Origin: an uncultured Gammaproteobacteria bacterium
GTDB lineage: Bacteria > Pseudomonadota > Gammaproteobacteria > Steroidobacterales > Rariloculaceae
Length of the DNA stretch: 64,000 nucleotides
Assembly: GCA_963741255.1 (NCBI GenBank)
Contig: CAVUHM010000001.1
Location: forward strand, 10,675 to 74,674
Direction of reading: 5' to 3'
Each line of letters opens with the position of its first letter. The stretch's first letter is position 1. Shown here in pieces: positions 11,948 through 20,067 of this stretch. The position numbers and the translations under genes are program-made. A model generated the notes under the pieces. That model was not told the DNA's origin. It was given only the letters and a program-made list of their open reading frames with translations, and ran no database searches.

Positions 11948-13276
11948 ATGTTCGTGACGAAAAAGCATCTGCCTCGCCGCACTTTCCTCCGAGGCGCACT
12001 CGGGACGGCCATTGCGTTGCCGTTTCTCGATGCGATGGTGCCGGCGTTCGCGCAGTCGCGCTCGGGCGCTCAGTTGCGCTTCGGCGCGGTGTACCTCCCG
12101 AACGGCATCTACCCGCAGCTCTGGCACCCGGCGAAGCCCGGCCGCGATTTTGAGTTCCAGCAGATCATGAAACCGCTCGAGCCGTACCGCGATCACCTCG
12201 TGACCGTGAGCCAGCTCAAAGCGCCGGACGGCTCGGTGCACCTCGGCGCGAGCGCTGCCTGGTTGAACGGCGTGGGCCCCGTAAACGAGGCCGGCAACTT
12301 CGGCAAGATCGAGTCGAAGAAAACCGTCGACCAATACATCGCCGACGTGATCGCAGGCGACACGCCGCTGCGCTCACTCGAGGTAGGCACCGAAGACATG
12401 GGTACCGCAGCAGGTGCCTGCGACGGCTTCCCATGCGTGTTCTTCAACGCGATCTCGTGGCGCGACGATACGAGCCCGCTGCCGGTGGCGATCAATCCGC
12501 AAGTTACCTTCGAGCGCATGTTCGGCGATCCCGGCACGGCCCAACAGCGTCTTACCCGTCTGCGGCGCAAGCAGAGCATGCTCGATTCAGTCGCGCAGGA
12601 GACAGCGCGCTTGCAGCACAAGCTCGACTCGGCCGACAACCGGCTGCTCGACGAGTATCTGACGAACGTGCGGCGTGTCGAGCAGCAGCTGCAAAAGATG
12701 GAGGCTCGCCGCGACACGCTCGAGGACGCGCCGGCGTCGCCGGTCGGAATTCCCGATGCGTTCGACGATCACCTAACTGTCACGTACGACCTGATGCACC
12801 TTGCGTTTCAAGGCGACATCTCGCGCGTCTTCACTTACATGCTCGGCCACGAGGCGAGCGGCCGTAGCTACGCCAACATCGGCATCTCGGAGCCGCACCA
12901 TCCCGTCTCGCATCACGGCGACAAGCCCGAGGGCATCGAGCGCTACGCGAAGCTCACGACTTATCAGGTGGTCAAGCTCTCGGAGTTCGTCGGTAAGCTC
13001 GCGGCGACGCCGGACGGGGAGGGCACGCTGCTCGATTCGGTCGTGCTCTATTTCGGCAGCGGCATGAGCAACGGCAACGCGCACGATCGCAACAGCCCTC
13101 CTGCGCTGCTCGTCGGCGGAGCGAACGGCAGGCTGCAGGGCAACCGCCACGTCGTCGCCAAGCCGAAGGAGCCGACGGCGAACTTGCTGCTCGCGCTTGC
13201 CGACCTTGCCGGCGCCGAGGTGGAGTCGATCGGCGCCAGTACGGGCCGGCTCGCGCTGCACGAGACCGCCGCCTAA
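11948..13276 (+). CDS. DUF1552 family protein (copy 1), TAT signal
   Basis: Intact 442-aa ORF starting 3 nt after the DUF1592 stop. N-terminus HLPRRTFLRGALGTAIALPFLDAM is typical of DUF1552, the usual partner of DUF1592-type proteins. Confidence 0.9.
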   Translation: MFVTKKHLPRRTFLRGALGTAIALPFLDAMVPAFAQSRSGAQLRFGAVYLPNGIYPQLWHPAKPGRDFEFQQIMKPLEPYRDHLVTVSQLKAPDGSVHLGASAAWLNGVGPVNEAGNFGKIESKKTVDQYIADVIAGDTPLRSLEVGTEDMGTAAGACDGFPCVFFNAISWRDDTSPLPVAINPQVTFERMFGDPGTAQQRLTRLRRKQSMLDSVAQETARLQHKLDSADNRLLDEYLTNVRRVEQQLQKMEARRDTLEDAPASPVGIPDAFDDHLTVTYDLMHLAFQGDISRVFTYMLGHEASGRSYANIGISEPHHPVSHHGDKPEGIERYAKLTTYQVVKLSEFVGKLAATPDGEGTLLDSVVLYFGSGMSNGNAHDRNSPPALLVGGANGRLQGNRHVVAKPKEPTANLLLALADLAGAEVESIGASTGRLALHETAA

Positions 13277-13304
13277 TCGTTCGCCCCAGCCATCGGGGCG
13301 AGGC

Positions 13305-13691
13305 GTCAAGTCATCGGAGCCGCGGGACGAGGTCGCAGTCGGTGCGTCCGTTCGCGGGTCAGCCGGAGCTGATCGAGCGCATTCCGACGAACGGCTCGAC
13401 GCTCCTCATCTGCTCGATGTCGAAGTTGGGCAAGCGCTGTGCCGGGCCGTGCATCTGAATGCAGTCACCGCGGCGCGCGCGGAGCAAGCGCTCGACGACT
13501 TCGGAAATCTGGTGATCGAGCGGCATGCCCATCGCGAGCTGCTCCCGCGGATTTGGCAGCTACGAGACTCGCTAAGCGCGTATGACGGCACATACGTCGC
13601 GCTCGGCGAGGCTCTCGATGCGCCCGTTCTCACGTGTGACACGAAGCTTGCGCGCGCGCACGGCCACCGGGCGCGGATCGAAGTCGTCTAG
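13305..13691 (+). pseudogene. orphan PIN-domain (VapC-like) toxin remnant
   Basis: The C-terminal two thirds read like VapC (APHLLDVEVGQAL...IERHAH..LLPRIWQLRDSLSAYDGTYVALGEALDAPVLTCDTKLARAHGH.ARIEVV). There is no usable start codon. The usual N-terminal D in (I/V)xDAS reads VGAS. No antitoxin ORF lies upstream, because DUF1552 ends at 13276. Confidence 0.45.
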
Positions 13692-13809
13692 GTCGGCGCC
13701 GGGGGGCGCGTCCAAGCACGGTATTCATCGTTTTTCCGTGCTTTTCCCGTTGTGTTCGGGATTTCCGCCTAGCAGGGCGTTATATAGGAACCTCTTGTTG
13801 GGAGCTTCA

Positions 13810-14259
13810 ATGAGAAGAGGAATGGCGTTGTTTGTCGTGCTCGCATCGATGCTGGCGACCGCTGCCTCGCGCGCGCACCATTCGGTCTGGGCAGAATTCG
13901 ACAACGGTCGTCCGCTGGAGCTGCGCGGCCACTTCGTGAAAATGGACTGGATCAACCCGCACTCGTGGGTGCACCTCGAAGTCACGATGGAGGACGGCTC
14001 GAAGGCAGCCTGGGCCGCGGAAACACCGCCTCCGAATCAACTCATTCGGCAGGGCTGGCGGCGCAGCGACATTCAGCCTGGAGACGAGATCGTCGTGCGC
14101 GGCTTCGCGGCCAAGAACGGCACGTATCGCCTCTGGGCGCGGAACGTCCAGATCGTCGCGCGGAACGGCGAGCCGCTGGCGGAACCGCGGACCGTCCTCG
14201 CGTTGCTCGACCCGAACCCGGCCGGCGTGGCCGACGGCGTGTTGCCGGGCCGGAACTGA
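13810..14259 (+). CDS. small secreted protein with predicted mature N-terminus HHS (DUF6152-like, copy 1)
   Basis: GGGAG lies before ATG 13810. Signal peptide ends ...ATAASRA|HHSVWAEFD. It shares NPH, W..E...P......GW and GD blocks with the ORFs at 21601-22029 and 53424-53807. The family name is from memory and needs an HMM check. Confidence 0.75.
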   Translation: MRRGMALFVVLASMLATAASRAHHSVWAEFDNGRPLELRGHFVKMDWINPHSWVHLEVTMEDGSKAAWAAETPPPNQLIRQGWRRSDIQPGDEIVVRGFAAKNGTYRLWARNVQIVARNGEPLAEPRTVLALLDPNPAGVADGVLPGRN

Positions 14260-14299
14260 GCGTGGCCGCGAATCGCCAATTCGATTACGAGGTGCGCGC

Positions 14300-15088
14300 G
14301 TGAGCATTCGCGCCGCGGCGCTCGCCTTCGTCGTCGCGGTTACGCCCGTGCTCGCCGAATCGGTCGCCGCCCAGGAGTTCACGCCGGCGCGCAATCGCCA
14401 CGGTCAGCCGGATTTCGAAGGCATCTGGCAGGTTCTCGATCCGGCCCCGCATTTCAACATAGAGTCGCACGGCGCGAGCTACGGCGTGCCGGCGGGCCTC
14501 GGCATCGTCAAGGATCCCGCCGATGGCCGGATTCCGTACACCGCGGCGGGGCTTGCCAGGCGAGAGACGAATCGTGCGAACCGCGCGGCCGATCCGTTCG
14601 CCCGCTGCTACAAGCCGGGCGTGCCACACCTCATGTACCTGCCGTTTCCGTTGCAGATCGTGCAGTCGGAACATTTCCTGACGATCATGTCCGAGTACAT
14701 GCACAACACGCGGTTCATCTTCTTCAATCGCAGCGACCATTTCGGGGAGGGCGAGCTCGACCTGTGGAACGGCGACTCGGTCGGTCGTTTCGACGGCGAT
14801 TCGCTCGTGACGGACGTGTTCAATTTTCATCCTGACATCTGGCTCGACCGTTCCGGCAATCATGCGGGCGGCGCGACGCTGACGGTCGAGGAGCGCTTCA
14901 CGCTCATAGATGCCGATACGATCCGGTATCGCGCGACGTTGACCGATGCGGAAGACTTCACGCGGCCATGGACGATCGAAACGCATCTCTATCGCCACAA
15001 AGACCCCGCTAAGCAGATTCTCGAGTACGAATGTCATGCCTATGCCGAAAACGCACTCGGGCCGCCCGTGTTGCCGGAAGTGCCGTAG
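14300..15088 (+). CDS. GDTLV-motif periplasmic protein (unassigned family)
   Basis: Intact 262-aa ORF with a signal peptide. Motifs CYKPGVP, GRFDGDSLVTDV, WLDRSGNHAGG, TVEERF, DAEDFTRPWT and C-terminal EYEC are shared with the paralogues at 15102, 20068-21581 and 53809. Confidence 0.8.
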   Translation: MSIRAAALAFVVAVTPVLAESVAAQEFTPARNRHGQPDFEGIWQVLDPAPHFNIESHGASYGVPAGLGIVKDPADGRIPYTAAGLARRETNRANRAADPFARCYKPGVPHLMYLPFPLQIVQSEHFLTIMSEYMHNTRFIFFNRSDHFGEGELDLWNGDSVGRFDGDSLVTDVFNFHPDIWLDRSGNHAGGATLTVEERFTLIDADTIRYRATLTDAEDFTRPWTIETHLYRHKDPAKQILEYECHAYAENALGPPVLPEVP

Positions 15089-15101
15089 GTCGGTGACCAG
15101 C

Positions 15102-16007
15102 ATGCGAGCGCGCCAAAGTCCGTCGAGCACTTGCCGCGGTCATTTCGCCGGCCTGCGGATGCTCATGCTTTTGCTCGTGCTGGCGTCGGCGTCTGCAAGC
15201 GCGCAGCCCGCACTCGAGCGCCTGCCGAACGGCCGGCCGGACCTCGGCGGCAACTGGACCATCGCGGCCAGCATCTCGGATATCTCCGCGAACATCGTGC
15301 GTGTGGACGGCAAGCCAGTCGCCGGCGACGAGCGTGCCATTCCCTACACGCCGGTGTACGCACAGCTCCGTGCCGAAGCCGAGAGCAGGATGTTCGAGGA
15401 ACCGGAGCTGCACTGCTACATGTCGGGCGTGCCGAGCCATCTCTGGCGTCAGGCATATTCCGGTGCGGGCCTCGTCATTCAGCACACCGAAGAGTTCGTC
15501 GTCTTTCTGCACGAGTTTCAGGGTTCGCGGCGCATCGTGTCGCTGACGCGGCGCGAGCATACTCCAGCCGACATCCAGCTGTTCATGGGCGACGGTCTCG
15601 GCCGTTTCGAAGGCGATACGCTCGTCATCGAAACCAGAAACAACAATGCCCTGACCTGGCTCGACACCGGCGGCAATCGGCATTCCGCCCAGCTCGTCGT
15701 CACGGAGCGATTCGTGCCGGTCGACAACGACCGCTACGAGTACGAAGCGACCTTCGTCGATCCTGCGGCGTATACGGCTCCGTGGACGATCGCCGCGCCG
15801 ATGACGCGCGGCCCAACCCGAACGCCGAGATCCTCGAGTTCGCCTGCGTCGAGGGCAACACCGACCATCTGCACTACACCGAAGATGTCGGGGGCACGTC
15901 GATTGCGGCACCGAGTCCGGCGCCGGAGCCGCCAATGCGGCGGGCCCGTCGAACTAGCGAACGCAGCGAACCGCAATCACCTACGGCAGCAGGCGAGGAG
16001 TCACTGA
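15102..16007 (+). pseudogene. GDTLV-motif periplasmic protein (second tandem copy), frame broken near 15810; true stop unresolved
   Basis: Signal peptide ...LMLLLVLASASASA|QP. Motifs HCYMSGVP, GRFEGDTLVIETRNNNALTWLDTGGNRHS, VVTERF and DPAAYTAPWT. The C-terminal EILEFACVEGN is found in the frame of ORF 15131-16867. Confidence 0.6.
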
Positions 16008-17004
16008 TGAGCAACAGGATGGCCGCACTATCGACTTCGAGTGTCCTGCTGGCGCTCGCGGTCGCCTGGTCGGCGACGACGAGCGCGCAGCCGGATGCCG
16101 CGCCGGCGCCGCTCGGCGCCGCCGAGATCCGCGAGATGTTCGACGAGCTCTCGAACTGGGGCCGTTGGGGCGAGAACGATCAGCGCGGAACGCTGAATCT
16201 GGTGACGCCTGCCAAGCGCCGGCAGGCCGCGGCACTCGTGCGCGAGGGTATCTCGGTGTCGCTGTCGCAGAATCTGTCGACGGAGCAGGCGGTCGACAAC
16301 ACGAGGCCGATGCAACTCATCATGACGGCGCAGCCGGGCTCACCGGTCGCCATGGACGAATGGCGCATCTTCTACCACGGGCTGACGTATGCGCACATGG
16401 ATGCGCTCTGTCATGCGCGCTTCGAAGGCAAGGCGTACAACGGCTTCGCTGAGACCGACGCTGCCGAGAGCGGTTGCGCCCGGTCGGGCATCGAGCACCT
16501 CAAGGACGGCGTGCTCTCGCGCGGGATACTGATCGACGTGCCGCGGCTCAAGGGCGTCGACTATTTCGCACCGGGCACACCGGTTCTCGCGAGCGACATC
16601 GAGGCGTGGGAGCGCGAAGCCGGCGTCAGGATCGAATCGGGTGACGTCGTTTTCATTCGCACGGGCCGCTGGGGCCGGCGCTCCGCGAGGGCCCGTTCAG
16701 CCTCCAGGGCGGATCGCCGGGCGTTCACGTCTCGGCACTGCCGTTGCTGCGCGAACGCGATGCGGCCGTGCTCGGCACGGATGTCGGTCTCGACGTCGTG
16801 CCTGCAGGCGTCGAGGGCGTCGTCATCCCGACGCACACCGTTGCGATCGCGAGCATGGGACTTCTGATCATCGACAACGCGGACCTCGAGGAACTGGCTG
16901 CGACGGCGGCGCGCCTCAATCGATGGCAATTCATGTTGAGCGTTGCGCCAATTCCTGTCGCTGGCGCGACCGGCTCTGTGGTGAACGCCATCGCGACGTT
17001 TTGA
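16007..17004 (+). pseudogene. cyclase-family protein (kynurenine-formamidase-like fold), exported; one frame break near 16670-16680
   Basis: Signal peptide MSNRMAALSTSSVLLALAVAWSA. Motifs WGENDQRGTLN, YHGLTYAHMDALCH and a C-terminal AGATGSVVNAIA-type ending. Joined from the frame of ORF 15131-16867 and ORF 16744-17004. Confidence 0.7.
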
Positions 17005-17017
17005 GCGTGTCAGTACG

Positions 17018-18041
17018 TCATCGCACAGCGATGGGGCGAATCAGCGACCCCGTGGCTCCCCTGATGCGCTCCGGCAATCCAAGGAACAGGAACTCGTTTG
17101 CCTCGTCGCGCGCGAGCTCGGCGAGATCGAGGTTCTCGAGCAAGCGGAATTCCGTGGCCTAGGAAGAGCAGGTGGTGGACGCTCTCCTTCGGCACGGGTC
17201 CGCGAACCTCGACGCAGCACGAGTCGCCGCCGACGAGCCCGACGTTCCGCTCGATGAGCCAATTCGCCACCTCGACGCCGATGCCGGGTGAGCCTTGATT
17301 CTCGCCGGTGCCGATGAACGAATCGTTGTACTTCGATGGATTCGTCCAGTTCACGGCCCAACCGTAATTGAAGAGCACGGCGTCGCCTTGCGCGATGCTC
17401 GTCTCGCTCATCTGCTGCCGGGCCAGCGCACCGCGCACGTCCGCCATCGTGACTTCATAGGCCGGCGGTAGCGTCGGCACCTGCTTGAAGCCGGCGATGT
17501 CGAGCAACACGCCGCGCGTGATGAAGGGCTTCATCTGCTCGACGCCGAGTGCGGCGACGCCACCGAGCCCGTGCGTGGGCCCCATCAACTCCGTATCCGT
17601 GAAGCCGTTGTAGAAGACGGCCTCGACCGAGCCGTCGGCCATTCGGACATGACGCCCTTGGTGAGACGAGCGCATCGAACTGCGTGCCCATTTGCCCGAT
17701 GTAGCCCGGTGAAGTACTCGGTGTGGACGATCGGATCGCCAGGCGCGCGTGTGGCCGCGCGAGTCAGCACGTTCAAGAAATATGGGCGCGAGCCGTATTG
17801 CGGCATGCTGGCTTCATACGGATGGCCGAGCTCATAGGTCTGGCCCGTCTTCGGAATCGTGAGCGCCGCGAGGATCTTGGCCGGAGTCACGTAGTTCGAG
17901 GCACCGGCTTGGTCTTCGGGCCCATGCACGGACGGCCACCACGGCCCCCGCTCGCGTGTTTGTGCTGCCAAGGGCTGCACGCATCGCCAGAGCGGCGAGC
18001 AGGAGCGTGCCGGCACCGAGAACTCTCAACGAATCGATCAT
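17018..18041 (-). pseudogene. second cyclase-family protein, exported; frame broken at least 4 times
   Basis: Signal peptide in ORF 17832-18041. Body pieces lie in ORFs 17585-18016, 17455-17691 (GQMGTQFDAL) and 17010-17675 (VLLDIAGFK...GDAVLFNYGW...LVGGDS). The ending ENLDLAELARDEANEFLFLGLPERIRGATGSLIRPIAVR lies in a third frame. Confidence 0.6.
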
Positions 18042-18081
18042 CTTCAGTCCCCCCGAAAGTAGCGATGCGGACGCGTCACAC

Positions 18082-18771
18082 TCAACGTACGTTGCGGCTC
18101 AGCTCGCTGCGCGACAGATAGAGATCGTAGAACGCGTCGGCGACCGTCGCGGCTTCGAGGGTCGCCGCACCGTTGTCCCACGCCGAGCCCTTGACCGAGC
18201 CGAGCACCATGACCTCGCCGACGTAAACGCCGTGCGATTTGAGTTGGTGTGCGAGTAGCCCGACGAGCTTGCGCTTGGTCGCGTTTGCGAGCGCGAGACC
18301 CATCGCGCCGAACGCGACGGCGCGCTCGTCGATCGTCGGGTCATTGAGCCCGAATCCGCCGTTCGTGACTAGAACCGCGCCGTCTTGCGCTCGCTCCAGG
18401 TCGGGGAGTGCGTATTTCACGGCCGCGAGAAGCCCGATCACCGGGACGTCGAAGATCGCGCGCGCGGCACGTGCGTCTGCCGCGAGCAGATCCCCGGCGC
18501 TCGTCGCATACGCGTTCCAGTGCAGCACGGTGACGGGGCCGAGCGTCGCTCGTACTGATTCGAGCACGCGCTCGACCTCGGCCTCTTGGCTCAAGTCGGC
18601 GCGAAACGCGGCGGCGCGAATGCCGTTTGCCTCGAGCGCGGCGACACCCGCGGCGAGCCGCTCGGCGTTGCGGGCAACGAGTGCGACCTGAAACTCCTCG
18701 CGACCGAATCGTCTCGCGACGGCCGCGGAGATGCCGGGCCCATAGCCGCAGATGACGATCGTCTTGCTCAC
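18082..18771 (-). CDS. SDR-family NAD(P)-dependent oxidoreductase (no signal peptide)
   Basis: Intact 229-aa ORF with a Rossmann N-terminus TIVICGYGPGISAAVARRF. Its start is 7 nt downstream of the stop of the enolase-superfamily gene. Confidence 0.8.
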   Translation of the reverse strand: MSKTIVICGYGPGISAAVARRFGREEFQVALVARNAERLAAGVAALEANGIRAAAFRADLSQEAEVERVLESVRATLGPVTVLHWNAYATSAGDLLAADARAARAIFDVPVIGLLAAVKYALPDLERAQDGAVLVTNGGFGLNDPTIDERAVAFGAMGLALANATKRKLVGLLAHQLKSHGVYVGEVMVLGSVKGSAWDNGAATLEAATVADAFYDLYLSRSELSRNVR

Positions 18772-18778
18772 AGGCCGG

Positions 18779-20026
18779 CTACCAGTTCGTGTACGAGCCG
18801 TCGGGCCGGTGGTTCAGCAGCATGCCGGCGCGATACGTGTCGTACTCGCCGAGCAGCGTGAGCTTGCTCACGTCGACCTCGACGCCGAGCCCGGGCCGAT
18901 CGTTCGGCCACAACTTGCCTTCCTTGAAATCGTAGACCTTCGGCAGATGCGGCCAGGTGCGGCTGCCATCGCCGAGCATCTCCATGAGCGCGACGACCGA
19001 CGTGGCCGTGAGGCACTGGACGAGCGCGGCCTCGGAAATCGGGCCCGTGAAGTGCGGGATCATGCCGACGTAGTGCGTCTCGGCGAGCGCGATGATCTTC
19101 ATGAACTCGGTGATGCCGCCGACGTTCGGCAGCGTGACTCGCGCGTAGTCGATGAGCTGGTGCTCGATCAGCGTGTTGACGTCCCATTTGTAGCCGAACT
19201 GCTCGCCGACGGCGATCGGCACGCGCGTCCGCTCGCGGATCGTCGCGTACGACTCCACGTTTTCGCTGCGGATCAGGTCCTCGCAGAAATAGGGATGCAG
19301 CGGCTCGATCAAAGTAGCGAGGTTGATGGCGTCGGGCGGATCGAGCTCCGTGTGGAAGTCGATGGCCCACCGGCCGTCACCGGCGCCCTTGTGCATCAGT
19401 ACGCTGTCCTCGTGCATCTGCCGCACGAGCGCGAATCGGTCGACTTCGCGCTGCCGCGGGTTGTCCGTGGCATGACGATAGACGCGGAAGCCCGCGTCGA
19501 TGCAAGCGCGTGCCGCATCTTCGATCGTGCCGCCCGCTGGCCGCGGGAACACCGTCGAATAGAGCTCGATGTGGTCGCGCGACTTGCCGCCGAGCAGTTG
19601 CCAGACGGGCACGTCGAGCGCCTTCGCTTTGAGATCCCACAGCGCGAGATCGAGCGCGCCGAGCGAATGCAGCTTCTCGCGTCCGGCCGGATAGTGGTAG
19701 CCGCGCATCATGCGCTGCCAATGGTGATCGATGCGGAACGGGTCGAGGCCGATCAGCATGCTCGCGCATTCGTCCATCGTCGTCGGCTCGCCGCCTTCGC
19801 CGATGCCGACGAGCCCGCGCTCGGTCTCGATCATCACGACGTTGGTCGACTGGTTGACCATCGGCTGGCCGCGCCTGCCCTGCGAGTCGCCGGAGTTGCT
19901 GAAGTAGCGCACGATCTTGATCTTGTCGTCGGCAAGACCGAGGGCGTCGGCGGAGGGCGGCAGCCAGACGCTCGCGCCGACGGCGCCAAGCCCCGTTAGA
20001 ACGCTACGTCGATCAATTTTTTTCAT
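18779..20026 (-). CDS. enolase-superfamily enzyme (mandelate racemase / galactonate-dehydratase-like) with a twin-arginine signal
   Basis: Intact 415-aa ORF. N-terminus MKKIDRRSVLTGLGAVGASVWLPPSADA. Blocks typical of the MR/MLE subgroup: LDLALWDLKAKALDVPVWQLLGG, AIDFH, FCEDL and PIAVGEQ. Confidence 0.85.
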   Translation of the reverse strand: MKKIDRRSVLTGLGAVGASVWLPPSADALGLADDKIKIVRYFSNSGDSQGRRGQPMVNQSTNVVMIETERGLVGIGEGGEPTTMDECASMLIGLDPFRIDHHWQRMMRGYHYPAGREKLHSLGALDLALWDLKAKALDVPVWQLLGGKSRDHIELYSTVFPRPAGGTIEDAARACIDAGFRVYRHATDNPRQREVDRFALVRQMHEDSVLMHKGAGDGRWAIDFHTELDPPDAINLATLIEPLHPYFCEDLIRSENVESYATIRERTRVPIAVGEQFGYKWDVNTLIEHQLIDYARVTLPNVGGITEFMKIIALAETHYVGMIPHFTGPISEAALVQCLTATSVVALMEMLGDGSRTWPHLPKVYDFKEGKLWPNDRPGLGVEVDVSKLTLLGEYDTYRAGMLLNHRPDGSYTNW

Positions 20027-20067
20027 GGGTCTGCTCCGTCGCTCGCACGTGAATTAAATTCGAAGTC

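Noticed and set aside
18752-19999. 415-aa plus-strand ORF exactly mirroring the enolase-superfamily gene
   Set aside because: It is antisense to a gene with strong family blocks and a TAT signal. Its own translation is Arg/Asp/Val-rich with no motifs.
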